NCBI GenBank assembly: GCA_964540145.1
Contig: CAZILS010000003.1
Location: 41,799-105,798, forward strand
DNA length: 64,000 bases
DNA from: an uncultured archaeon
GTDB taxonomy: Archaea > Iainarchaeota > Iainarchaeia > Iainarchaeales > CAZILS01
Reading direction: 5' to 3'
Shown piece by piece: positions 18,744 through 28,258 of this stretch. The position numbers and the translations under genes were made by a program. The notes beneath the pieces are model-generated. The model searched no databases, had not been told where the DNA came from, and worked only from the letters and a program-made list of their open reading frames with translations. Numbering within the stretch: position 1 is the stretch's first letter; every line of letters begins with the position of its first letter.

Positions 18744-20143
18744 GCGGCAAGCCAATAATGGGCCTTGAAATCCATGTCCAGCTCGCTACCGAAAGCAAGC
18801 TCTTCTGCGGCTGCCCGACGAAAGCCCCCCAGGGAGAGCCGAACACAGCCTGCTGCGAGGTGTGTTTGGGAATGCCCGGGAGCAAGCCTGTCCTGAACAA
18901 GAAAGCAGTTGATTACGGCCTTATGATAGCCTTGGCACTGAACTGCGAAATAAACAGGGAGTTTTACTTTTCAAGAAAAACATACTTTTACCCCGACCTT
19001 GCGAAGGATTTCCAGATTACCCAATATGAGGTTCCTTTGGCGGTGAACGGATATGTCGAGCTTAATTCCGGAAAGAAAATAAGGATAACACGAGTCCATT
19101 TGGAGGAGGACCCTGCCGCACTGGTGCATGGTGAAGGCCTGGGAAAATCAGCCTACTCGCTTGTCGACTACAACCGGTCGGGAATACCCCTCGCGGAGAT
19201 TGTGACCGAACCCGACATAGAAAGTGCGGAGGAGGCACGCGAGTTCCTCGACCACCTCCTGAAAATCCTGAATTACATAGGAGTTTACAAATTAGGGGAG
19301 GGGGTGATGAAAGCAGACTCCAATGTTTCCATTGAGGGAAGTGAAAGGGTCGAGGTAAAGAATGTTTCCGGTTTCAGGGCGGTTGAGACAGCTTTGAACT
19401 ATGAGGTAAAAAGGCAGCAGCACATGCTCTCGAAAGGCGAGAAGATTTTGAGGGAAACAAGGCGTTTCGATGAGCAAAAGGGCAGTACAATGTCCCTTAG
19501 GAAGAAGGAGACTGAGGCAGATTATGGATATATCTTTGATTCGGACCTCACAACGGTCGAGATTGATGGCAACATGGTTAAGGAGGCAAGAGCCAAGCTC
19601 CCCGAACTGCACAAGGACAGGGCAAAGCGCCTTGCCAAGGAATACAGGATTTCAGATTATGATGCGAAGGTAATTTCTGCAGACCTTGAGCTGGGGCTGC
19701 TTTTTGAGGAGGCTGTTAAGGTTGATGTAAAGCTTGCAACAACCTTCCTTACAAGGGAGCTCCTTGCAATTCTCAACAGGGAGAACCTCTCCCTGAAGGA
19801 GGCGGAAGTAGATTCCGAAAAGATAATCGCACTGATGAAACTCCTTAAAGGGGGCAAGGTAACGGAAAAGAACGCAAAACTCGCCCTCGTCAAATACATT
19901 GCCGAAAAGAAAGACCCTGTGAAGTTCATTGAGAAGGAAGGCCTTGCCAAGGACCTTCGGGGCGGCGAGGTTGAGAACGCGGTTGAAACTTTCCTCAAGG
20001 AAAACCAAAAAGCAGCAGACGATTACAGGTCGGGGAATAAAACTGCGATGAATTTTATGGTAGGGCAGATTATGAGGCTGACCAAAGGAAAGGCAGAGCC
20101 GAGGGAAATACAGAGGCTGCTGGAAGGGAAGCTGGATGATTAA
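18740..20143 (+). CDS. gatB: Asp/Glu-tRNA amidotransferase subunit B
   Basis: GLEIHVQL..KLFC, RKTYFYPDL, HLEED, DYNRSG.PL.EIVTEPD, YqeY-like tail. Confidence 0.95.
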   Translation: MSGKPIMGLEIHVQLATESKLFCGCPTKAPQGEPNTACCEVCLGMPGSKPVLNKKAVDYGLMIALALNCEINREFYFSRKTYFYPDLAKDFQITQYEVPLAVNGYVELNSGKKIRITRVHLEEDPAALVHGEGLGKSAYSLVDYNRSGIPLAEIVTEPDIESAEEAREFLDHLLKILNYIGVYKLGEGVMKADSNVSIEGSERVEVKNVSGFRAVETALNYEVKRQQHMLSKGEKILRETRRFDEQKGSTMSLRKKETEADYGYIFDSDLTTVEIDGNMVKEARAKLPELHKDRAKRLAKEYRISDYDAKVISADLELGLLFEEAVKVDVKLATTFLTRELLAILNRENLSLKEAEVDSEKIIALMKLLKGGKVTEKNAKLALVKYIAEKKDPVKFIEKEGLAKDLRGGEVENAVETFLKENQKAADDYRSGNKTAMNFMVGQIMRLTKGKAEPREIQRLLEGKLDD

Positions 20144-20543
20144 GGAAATTCCCGTGAAAACCACTTTGCGAATACAACTAATCGATGTAACCTCCGAAGT
20201 TGAAAAAGCGGTTAAGGAAAGCGGCGTTAAGGGGGAGGGGGTATGCCTCGCCTTTGCCACCCATACGACAGCGGCAGTAACCATAAACGAGAACGCCGAC
20301 CCTGACGTCAAATCAGACATTCTCAAGAAGCTCAATGAAATGGTTCCTGAAAACGCAAACTATGCGCACAGCGAAGGCAACTCGGATGCCCACATAAAAT
20401 CATCCTTAATAGGCTGCTCGGAGCTAATCCCGATAAGCAACGGCAGCCTTGTTCTGGGCACATGGCAGGGAATAATTTTCTGCGAGTTCGACGGCCCGAG
20501 AAACAGGAAACTCCTAATACAAACAATCGAATCGCCGAAATAA
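20136..20543 (+). CDS. yjbQ: YjbQ/UPF0047 family protein
   Basis: HTTAAVTINENADPDV, GNSDAHIKS, LGTWQGI.FCEFDGPR. Confidence 0.9.
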   Translation: MIKEIPVKTTLRIQLIDVTSEVEKAVKESGVKGEGVCLAFATHTTAAVTINENADPDVKSDILKKLNEMVPENANYAHSEGNSDAHIKSSLIGCSELIPISNGSLVLGTWQGIIFCEFDGPRNRKLLIQTIESPK

Positions 20544-20780
20544 CGCCGAATTCGAAGACTGTACCAGGGCAACTATTGTACCAAAACCTATTTATAAATG
20601 GCAGGCGGCTATGTGTATAATGGGGAGTTCCGAAGGTACATTTAGCGTCCCCACCCAAGCCGCATGTCCCAATGGAACTCCGCCATTAGGCAACACGCAA
20701 TTCACCTCACGTTTTTGCATTTTTTTGTTGCCTATTTCCTTTTTATTTGTTTCAGGTATTATCCACAAGGAGGTTTAGTA

Positions 20781-21086
20781 ATGTCTTACCTATGGGATGT
20801 ATTCAGGCCCGCAATAACCGCCGCTGAAAGCGCCGATGTAATGACAAGGTCGGTCGTGCTCCTACTTGCGTTGGGGATGTTCTTGATTGCGATTCTCGCA
20901 TACCGCAAGAGCCCCTCCAAAAGGCTTTTGCTTATCGCGGGCGCGTTTTTCCTTTTCGCACTCAAGTCGGCGCTGAAGATAATCGATGTCTTCATCAGCC
21001 CGGGCATGTTCTTTGCGGACCCGTCAGACAATTTCTTTGAGATGGCGATACTATTAATGTTCTTCTTCGCCATTTTCAGGAAGTAG
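20781..21086 (+). CDS. Small 3-TM membrane protein
   Basis: AAGGAGGT SD upstream; hydrophobic helices. Confidence 0.7.
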   Translation: MSYLWDVFRPAITAAESADVMTRSVVLLLALGMFLIAILAYRKSPSKRLLLIAGAFFLFALKSALKIIDVFISPGMFFADPSDNFFEMAILLMFFFAIFRK

Positions 21087-21094
21087 GTGTTTCA

Positions 21095-21634
21095 ATGGAG
21101 CAGGATGATGCGCTTGGGCTTAGTGTGAGGAACAGGATTTACGGGGTTATCAAGAAGAGCCCCGGCCTTCACTTCAGGGAAATACAGAGAAGAACAGGCC
21201 TGGCTGTGGGCAGCCTTCAGTACCATCTCGATTGCCTTAAGCGCGCTCACTTAATCCGCACAGAGAAGGACGGGAAATTCACACGCTATTATTCGATAAG
21301 GGGAAAGCAGCTTGGGGAAGACACAAAGATAATGTCCCTGCTTAGGCAGGAAAGCGTTAGAAAGATTGTGCTCTTCCTGCTCACAAACAAACGCACAAAT
21401 AACCTCGCGATTGCAAAGGCCGCGGGCCTTGCCCCCTCGACAACATCATGGCACCTGGACAAGCTTAGCGAAGCCGGTTTGATAAAGAAAGTGAGGCGCG
21501 GCAGGAAAACTTTCTTCTACCTCCAGGAAAAAGACAGGGTTTCAGAGCTGCTCGCTTCCTACAGAAAGAGCTTCCTCGATGATATGGTGGATAACTTCGC
21601 CGATGTCTGGGATGAGCTCAGCGTTGAAAAGTAA
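21095..21634 (+). CDS. Double winged-helix transcriptional regulator
   Basis: PGLHFREIQRR..LQYHL and a second HTH STTSWHLDKL. Confidence 0.85.
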   Translation: MEQDDALGLSVRNRIYGVIKKSPGLHFREIQRRTGLAVGSLQYHLDCLKRAHLIRTEKDGKFTRYYSIRGKQLGEDTKIMSLLRQESVRKIVLFLLTNKRTNNLAIAKAAGLAPSTTSWHLDKLSEAGLIKKVRRGRKTFFYLQEKDRVSELLASYRKSFLDDMVDNFADVWDELSVEK

Positions 21635-21639
21635 TTTGC

Positions 21640-22830
21640 CTATTCCTTGGCCTGCGCAACCCCTTCGGCTATTGCAGCCTGCCTGACAGCCTCGCCAACC
21701 TTCTCGGCAACGCTCTTGTCGAGCGCAGGAGGTATAACCTGCTCTGCTGTAGGATTCTCAACACATGCCGCAATCGCCTTAGCAGCGGCAACCTTCATTT
21801 TCGGGGTAATCTTTTTGGCTTTCGCATCAAGCGCCCCCCTGAAGATTCCCGGGAATCCTAAAACGTTATTTATCTGGTTGGGGAAGTCGCTTCTCCCTGT
21901 GCCGACAACAGCAGCCCCGGCTTCCTTTGCCTTGCCGGGCATTATTTCGGGAACAGGGTTTGCCATAGCAAACACAATCGGGTTTGGCGCCATTCCCTTG
22001 ACCATCTCCTCGCTGACAATTCCCGGGGCAGAAAGGCCGATGAAAACATCCGCGCCTTTCATTGCATCCGCAAGGTTCCCGTCCTTATTCTCTTTGTTGG
22101 TAATCTTTGCAAGTTCCTGTTTGTAGGGATGCATATCAGTCCTGTTCTTGCTTATGATTCCCTTGCTGTCGCAGACAATGACGTTCTTTATGGGCTCGTA
22201 AGAAGCGTCCTCCACATCGACCCCGAGCAAAATTTTGCTGACAGCAACCCCTGCAGCCCCTGCCCCGGAAATAACAACCGTCATTTCTCCCATACTTTTG
22301 CCCGCAACCTTGGCGGCGTTTATCATTGCAGCCATAACCACAACCGCAGTCCCGTGCTGGTCGTCGTGCATAACAGGAATCCCTATATCCTGCAAAGCAT
22401 CCTCAATCTCGAAGCACCTTGGAGCAGAGATATCCTCCAAATTTATCCCCCCAAACGTGGGGACAAGCCACTTGACTATATTGATTATGTCCTGCGGCTC
22501 CCGGGTGTCCACGCAGATTGGAAAGGAATCAACACCTGCAAATTCCTTGAACAAAAGAGCTTTTCCTTCCATAACAGGCATAGCCCCCAAAGGCCCAATA
22601 TTCCCAAGCCCTAAAACAGCCGAACCGTCGCTCACAACAGCAACAGTCCTGCCCTTAATCGTGTAGTCATCCGCTTTTTCAGGGTGTTCAGCAACAAGCC
22701 TGCAAACATCCGCAACCCCCGGGGTGTATGCCATCGAGAGGTCTGCCTTTGTTTCCACCTTAACCTTGGAGATAACCTCCAATTTGCCCCTGTTTTTCAA
22801 GTGCATGTCCAAAGCGTCTTTATATTCCAT
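21640..22830 (-). CDS. NAD(P)-dependent malic enzyme
   Basis: AYTPGVA, VMEGKA, NLEDISAPRCF, HDDQHGTA, FAMANP, NQINN. Confidence 0.95.
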   Translation of the reverse strand: MEYKDALDMHLKNRGKLEVISKVKVETKADLSMAYTPGVADVCRLVAEHPEKADDYTIKGRTVAVVSDGSAVLGLGNIGPLGAMPVMEGKALLFKEFAGVDSFPICVDTREPQDIINIVKWLVPTFGGINLEDISAPRCFEIEDALQDIGIPVMHDDQHGTAVVVMAAMINAAKVAGKSMGEMTVVISGAGAAGVAVSKILLGVDVEDASYEPIKNVIVCDSKGIISKNRTDMHPYKQELAKITNKENKDGNLADAMKGADVFIGLSAPGIVSEEMVKGMAPNPIVFAMANPVPEIMPGKAKEAGAAVVGTGRSDFPNQINNVLGFPGIFRGALDAKAKKITPKMKVAAAKAIAACVENPTAEQVIPPALDKSVAEKVGEAVRQAAIAEGVAQAKE

Positions 22831-22890
22831 AATTGCTCACCTGCCAATTCTTTAACGAATTATTAAATAGTTAAGGGTAGTATTTAAAAC

Positions 22891-23676
22891 ATGAAGTTCG
22901 ATGAAGCCGTAAAATACATCCCTCTGGCAAAAGGGAGCATTTTAATTTGCCTTATCCTGGCGTTCTCGTATTTCTACCTTTCGGGTGGCTCCCACTATAT
23001 CCCCCAGGAAAGCCTGGCGGCGCTCTCTTTCAGCAAGTACGCCCCCCAAAACATAGTCTTCCACACCCTTATCCACACAGGCCTTTACCACCTCCTGGCA
23101 AACCTCGCAACCTTGTTCCTCTTCGCATTGGTTGTTGAACTTGCGCTTGGGGCTCTTGACGTTTTCATTATTTTCCTGGTTTCCGAGGTTCTGGCGGCCA
23201 TACTTTTCGTTTACCTCAACCCCAATGTCGCAATGGTCGGGGCGAGTGCGGGGATAAGCGGCCTTTTGGGCGCAGCCATGACAGCGAACCTGAAAAGGGC
23301 GCTTGCCGCGGTCCTCATAGCCGCGGTCCTTGTTCAATTTGTGCTAAGCCCCTTCCTCACAATAACCCTTGCGAACTATGCTGTCGGCACAGGAGAGAAG
23401 GCCATAACCCTTGACCGGGAGGTTAAGGACGCTGAAGCTTCCGGAGACCTTGAAAAGGCAGAGGAGAAGCGCACAGAGTTCGAGGGCGTTGTGAAAGAAT
23501 ACGGGGATTTCGAGAGCGGAAGGCAGTTTGAGGTGCAGACAAGCACCGATGCGTGGGTGCACGGCTATGGTGCTATTTTCGGCATACTCTATGTGTTCAT
23601 TTTCAGGCGCGAGAAGTTCAGGAACAGCCTGGAGCTCGTGCATTCCTTTCTGGGCAAGAGGCGGGAAATAGGATAG
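22891..23676 (+). CDS. Rhomboid intramembrane serine protease
   Basis: H..HLLAN, GASAG catalytic Ser, HGYGAIFG catalytic His. Confidence 0.85.
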   Translation: MKFDEAVKYIPLAKGSILICLILAFSYFYLSGGSHYIPQESLAALSFSKYAPQNIVFHTLIHTGLYHLLANLATLFLFALVVELALGALDVFIIFLVSEVLAAILFVYLNPNVAMVGASAGISGLLGAAMTANLKRALAAVLIAAVLVQFVLSPFLTITLANYAVGTGEKAITLDREVKDAEASGDLEKAEEKRTEFEGVVKEYGDFESGRQFEVQTSTDAWVHGYGAIFGILYVFIFRREKFRNSLELVHSFLGKRREIG

Positions 23677-23710
23677 GTATATATTCCTTAGCGGACAAAA
23701 ATCATAGAAT

Positions 23711-23786
23711 GGGCGGGTAGCTTAGCCTGGTTCGGAGCACCCGGCTGATAACCGGGAGGTCGGCGGTTCGAATCCGCCCCTGCCCA
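23711..23786 (+). tRNA. tRNA-Ile(GAT)
   Basis: GGGCGGG/CCTGCCC; anticodon arm CCCGG-CTGATAA-CCGGG; TTCGAAT. Confidence 0.95.
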
Positions 23787-23943
23787 AACCCCTCCCCAAA
23801 AGCCCGGATTAAGCCTTGCTTAACCGGCGCCTATCGGGTTTTGCCCAATCCGGGTTTGCGAATGTCCCGTGCCCGGCACGGATTGCCCTTCGCCGGTCGC
23901 AATTATTAATAAGCCCAAGCCCCCTAATTAATTATGCTTTGTT

Positions 23944-24016
23944 AGCCCCGTAGTGTAGCGGCCAAGCATACAGGGCTTTGGACCCTGTGACCTGAGTTCG
24001 AATCTCAGCGGGGCTA
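23944..24016 (+). tRNA. tRNA-Gln(TTG)
   Basis: AGCCCCG/CGGGGCT (A1-U72, typical of archaeal tRNA-Gln); CAGGG-CTTTGGA-CCCTG. Confidence 0.95.
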
Positions 24017-24057
24017 TACCCAACAATTATAAATCACCTTATACAATCCTTTTACAT

Positions 24058-24183
24058 ATGGGGATATCCAGCATCTACTCCAAAATCAAGAGCGAGAAGT
24101 CACAGGCCCAGAGTGCGCAGGAGAAGGACTGCCACACACTTATTATGCGGCCTATTGCGAAGCCAGACCGGAGGAAGGGATGA
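24058..24183 (+). CDS. Putative 41-aa small protein
   Basis: ATG about 25 nt after TTATAAA; stop 1 nt before the next ATG. Confidence 0.4.
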   Translation: MGISSIYSKIKSEKSQAQSAQEKDCHTLIMRPIAKPDRRKG

Positions 24184-24184
24184 T

Positions 24185-24316
24185 ATGGGCGAAGGAAAGT
24201 ACGATGAAACATGTTCGCTTTGCGGCGAGCCCCAGACCGATAAAAAATGGATGGGCCAGTACTGGCACAAGAAGTGCCTTAGGCAAATGAAGAAAAGTGC
24301 CAAGGGAATGGTTTGA
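24185..24316 (+). CDS. 43-aa zinc-finger microprotein (CxxC..HxxC)
   Basis: CSLC..WHKKC; purine-rich GGAGGAAGGG upstream. Confidence 0.7.
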   Translation: MGEGKYDETCSLCGEPQTDKKWMGQYWHKKCLRQMKKSAKGMV

Positions 24317-24322
24317 TTTCAT

Positions 24323-25684
24323 TTACGAAATAAGCACAACCTGGAAGTCCATGACATTGGTCCTAGTGTAGCCCGTCATTATAGCATCGCCAAGCCTATT
24401 AAAGAAAGTGTAGGTGTCATTGTTTTTCATTAACTTATCGTAATCAAGTTTCTTCGCCTTTGCCCTTGCAAATGAATTTGTGTCCGCGATTGCCCCTGCG
24501 GCAGGGCTTGCCCCGTCTATTCCGTCGCTCCCGACAGATGCAAACACAACATTTTCCATCTTCTCAAGCAGCGGCAGCGCAGCCATAACCATTTTGCTGT
24601 TCCTTCCCCCTTTCCCCCCGCCCTTAACTTCGACAGTGGTTTCCCCCCCTGCAAGCAGCATTATCGGTCTTGACACATTTTCCTCTGCCGCAACCTGCGC
24701 CTCCCTCAAAATCCTGCCGGCGGCTTTCCCCGCATCCCCACTCAGCCTGTTGGAGAAAATATTTGCGGATATGCCCCTTTTTTGCGCCTCCATCCTCATT
24801 CCCTCAAGCGCCTGTGCATTATTAAGGATTATGAAATTGGAAACCTTCCTGAAAAAAGGCTCATTCCCGCAGGGGGTATCTTCTATCTTTTTCAGCCCGC
24901 CGTTTTGGAGATGGGCCCTTACGCTTGCCGGAACCTTCTCCCAAATCCCATGCTGCCTTAGGACATTTTGCGCATCAATAAAAGTCGAGGAGTCGGGAAC
25001 TGTGGGACCTGACGCAATTGTTGAAAGGTCATCCCCGATAACATCGGAAACTATAAGTGTTACAACATGCGCAGGCGCCGCGGCCCGCGCAAGCCTCCCC
25101 CCCTTCACGAGGGAAACGTGCTTCCTAACTTTATTTATCTCGGTAATGGTTGCGGCAGACCTCACAAGCAGTTCGGTCATTTTTTGCTTGTCTTTCAGGG
25201 AGACTTTTCCGGGCGGGGCGCTCAGCAGCGCACTTCCCCCTCCGGAAATAAGGCAGAGCACAAGGTCATTTTCCTTGAGATTACTTACCAGCCCAACAAT
25301 TTTTTTTGTCCCATCAACGCCCGCCCGGTTCGGCACAGGGTGCGAGGCCTTCACAATCTTTATTCTCTTGGTCTTTGCACCTTCGACTGAATTTACAATC
25401 CCTTTCTTTATCTTGCCGCCCAAAATTTCCTCAACAGCTTCAGCCATAACTCCCGATGCCTTTCCCGCCCCTACAACATAAATGCCCCCCAGTTCCTTGA
25501 GGTTAAAAACCCTGTCTCTAACTTTCAGGAAACCCTTTTCGACAGAGAGTGCCTTCAAAACAGCAGCCTTTGCATCAGCGCTCTCAAACCCTTTCTCAAG
25601 AATCTCAAGCACTATTTTTCTCTGCGCCTCAAACCCCTTCGAGCCCTTTGCAATTTTCCCTAAATTGCTTATCTTAGTTGCCAT
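24323..25684 (-). CDS. Glycerate 2-kinase (MOFRL family)
   Basis: GAGKA, ASHPVP, ISGGGSAL, SDVIGD..IASGPT, GGETTV, GGRN, DGIDG, TNVMD. Confidence 0.93.
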   Translation of the reverse strand: MATKISNLGKIAKGSKGFEAQRKIVLEILEKGFESADAKAAVLKALSVEKGFLKVRDRVFNLKELGGIYVVGAGKASGVMAEAVEEILGGKIKKGIVNSVEGAKTKRIKIVKASHPVPNRAGVDGTKKIVGLVSNLKENDLVLCLISGGGSALLSAPPGKVSLKDKQKMTELLVRSAATITEINKVRKHVSLVKGGRLARAAAPAHVVTLIVSDVIGDDLSTIASGPTVPDSSTFIDAQNVLRQHGIWEKVPASVRAHLQNGGLKKIEDTPCGNEPFFRKVSNFIILNNAQALEGMRMEAQKRGISANIFSNRLSGDAGKAAGRILREAQVAAEENVSRPIMLLAGGETTVEVKGGGKGGRNSKMVMAALPLLEKMENVVFASVGSDGIDGASPAAGAIADTNSFARAKAKKLDYDKLMKNNDTYTFFNRLGDAIMTGYTRTNVMDFQVVLIS

Positions 25685-25755
25685 AATCACACTTCAGGCT
25701 TTGTACTAAGATTATGGAACACGGCTTTAAATAGTTATTTGAGCACTTTCTTGCT

Positions 25756-27153
25756 ATGTATGAGGACATTCTCCTTAAGGCTGCGAGCGACGAAATCGGC
25801 ATAAAAAAGGGCCTAAAAAACAGGATTTCAAAGCACAAAGGCCTTGCCCACCTTGTCATGATTGCGACAAAACCCGACATAATAAAGCAGGCGCCCCTGA
25901 TTAAGGAGCTCCTGGAACGGGATGAGTTTGTGGTAATAGGGCACACAAACCAGCACTATGATTGGGACCTTTCGCAGAGCTACCTTGAGGAGTTTGGGAT
26001 AGAGCCCGACTTCAATCTGAACATACGGGGGGATACTGCCGAGAAGCAGAGCCAGCTTATCTTCAGGCTTTCAAATGTGCTCAAGCTGTTCAGGAAAGAC
26101 GGCCTTACTTTAATCCCTTATCCCTACTCCGATACCCTGACCGCGAGCGCATCCGCAATCTCATGCTACCTAAACAGGTTTCCTGTTGCGCATGTCGAAG
26201 CAGGTTTGAGGACAATGACCCCGCAAAAGGAAATCTTCACGGGAATCCTAAAAGATAAAAAGTTCGATGTTTACGATTACTATGAAAGCCTGCAGAACTC
26301 GCAGTGGGAAAAAGGCTCCATAGAGCCGTTTCCCGAGCAGTTCAACAGCAGGTCGAGCGCGCCCTGCGCCGGAATCCACCTCGCCCCCACAAAATTGAAT
26401 GAAGAAAATCTCCTTTCGGAAGGCTACTACAAGGACAGGATTTTCACTGTTGGCAATACAATCTCTGATGCGATTGAAATTACCCATAAGAAAAAGTTCG
26501 AAAGCAAGTTCATGAAAGAGCATCCCGAACTCGAAGATAAGGAGATGATTCGCTTCTGCGTGCACCGAAGGGCGAATATCGGTTCCCTCCATCGTTTCAG
26601 GGCGATAATCGAAGGCATGGAGCAACTGGTGAAAGAAGGGAAGCAAATCCTTTTTGTCTCTTTGAGGGGGACGGAAGCAGCGCTTAACCACTACAAGCTA
26701 ATGGGCAAGGTAAAGGCCCTTGACAGAGAAAACAGGAATTTCGTTTACACAACGGTGCTTCCTTACCGCGAGGCGCTCGCGACCCTGGAGGCATGTTCTC
26801 TCGTCGTTACCGATTCCGGGGGAATACAGGAGGAAGCGAGCGTTACAGGAACGCCCTGCGCAACGGTTAGGTTCAATTCCGACAGGCCTGAATCGGTTAT
26901 CGCAGGAGCCAACATCCTCGCCCCTCCCATAGACAAGGGCATCTTCGCAAGGGTTGTGAAGGAAGCGTCCGAGAACACAAAGATAAACAAGAAAATGAGA
27001 AATGCAGGGAATCTCTATGGGAAGGGCGTGAGCGGGAAGATTGTCGATGCTGTAAAGAAAGTAACTTCCGAAGGGAAGATGATGCGTTTCGAGGAGAGCC
27101 GCATGGGCTTCTCAAAGCTTGGCTTCTGGGAGAAGGGCGGCATGGAGTGGTAG
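25756..27153 (+). CDS. wecB: UDP-N-acetylglucosamine 2-epimerase family protein
   Basis: ATKPDIIK, HTNQHYD, AHVEAGLR, HRRAN, TDSGGIQEEA. Confidence 0.88.
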   Translation: MYEDILLKAASDEIGIKKGLKNRISKHKGLAHLVMIATKPDIIKQAPLIKELLERDEFVVIGHTNQHYDWDLSQSYLEEFGIEPDFNLNIRGDTAEKQSQLIFRLSNVLKLFRKDGLTLIPYPYSDTLTASASAISCYLNRFPVAHVEAGLRTMTPQKEIFTGILKDKKFDVYDYYESLQNSQWEKGSIEPFPEQFNSRSSAPCAGIHLAPTKLNEENLLSEGYYKDRIFTVGNTISDAIEITHKKKFESKFMKEHPELEDKEMIRFCVHRRANIGSLHRFRAIIEGMEQLVKEGKQILFVSLRGTEAALNHYKLMGKVKALDRENRNFVYTTVLPYREALATLEACSLVVTDSGGIQEEASVTGTPCATVRFNSDRPESVIAGANILAPPIDKGIFARVVKEASENTKINKKMRNAGNLYGKGVSGKIVDAVKKVTSEGKMMRFEESRMGFSKLGFWEKGGMEW

Positions 27154-27154
27154 C

Positions 27155-28258
27155 ATGAAAATGCTGCTCGCAACCCACCATTTCCTCCCCTGCATAGGGG
27201 GCATAGAAAGCTATGTCAATGACGAGTGCCGTTACCTGAAAAAACACGGCATTGAAACAGAGGTTGTAACCCTGAACAAATGTTCAGAGTCCTCATTAGT
27301 GTTAAGCGCAGCAGAAACAATCGAGGGCATTCCCGTACACCGGGTTCCTTTCCTAAGACCTGGCCCCTTGGTTATCGCCCCCTCACTCCTCAAGTACGCA
27401 ATGAGGAAGGACATCGACGCAATCCATTGCCACGCAATGGGCTTCTTCCTCGATTTCCTTGTCCTTACAAAACCCCTGCACCGAAAAAAGATTTTCCTTT
27501 CCACAAACGGGGGAATATTCCACACAAGAAAATTGGGTTTCCTCAAGAAACTCTATTTCCGCACCTGGGCAAAACTCATCCTGAAAGGAGTTGACAAAAC
27601 AATCGCAATCTCGGAGAACGACCTCAAAACCTTCTCAACAATAACGCAGAACATAGAGCTTATCGAGGATTCATTCGACAGCGACAGGGTTAATTCACTC
27701 GGCCTGAGAGGCAAGGAGAAGAACAGCTTCCTTTTTGTAGGAAGGCTTTTCAGGAACAAAAGGGCGGACCTGCTCCTGAGGGCGTTCGCCGAACTGAAAC
27801 GCGAAAACCCCGATTTCAGGCTTTACTTGGTCGGGCCTGACTGGGGCGAGGAGAAAAAACTAAAGGAACTGGCGAAGGAGCTCGGTCTCGGAAAAAATGC
27901 CTCTTTCGAGGGGGGCAAGGACAGGGCATCACTGAACGCATACTACAACAAGTGTGAGTTTGTTGTCTCGGCCTCGGAGTACGAGGGATTTGGCATTTCA
28001 ATAATAGAATCGATGGCTGCGAGGTGCATCCCCGTGATAAATGACATTCCCACATTCAGGAACTTTGTTGAGCACGGAAAGAATGGTTACATAGCGGATT
28101 ACACAATGCCGACCAATGCCGCAAAAACACTCGCCGGGGCAATCGGCATTTCGCCTTCGCAAAGAAAGAAACTTTCCGAGGCAGCCCACAACTCCGTCCA
28201 GAAATATTCTTGGGAAACGGCAGCAAAAAAACTTGTCAGCCTTTTTTCGAAAAAATAA
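27155..28258 (+). CDS. Glycosyltransferase family 4
   Basis: GGIESY, FVGRL..KR, SEYEGFGISIIESMA. Confidence 0.9.
   Translation: MKMLLATHHFLPCIGGIESYVNDECRYLKKHGIETEVVTLNKCSESSLVLSAAETIEGIPVHRVPFLRPGPLVIAPSLLKYAMRKDIDAIHCHAMGFFLDFLVLTKPLHRKKIFLSTNGGIFHTRKLGFLKKLYFRTWAKLILKGVDKTIAISENDLKTFSTITQNIELIEDSFDSDRVNSLGLRGKEKNSFLFVGRLFRNKRADLLLRAFAELKRENPDFRLYLVGPDWGEEKKLKELAKELGLGKNASFEGGKDRASLNAYYNKCEFVVSASEYEGFGISIIESMAARCIPVINDIPTFRNFVEHGKNGYIADYTMPTNAAKTLAGAIGISPSQRKKLSEAAHNSVQKYSWETAAKKLVSLFSKK

Noticed and set aside
20615-20700. Fluoride riboswitch
   Set aside because: Superficial ATGG..CGCCAT resemblance only; the GGnGATGG and TAATGAC core motifs are absent
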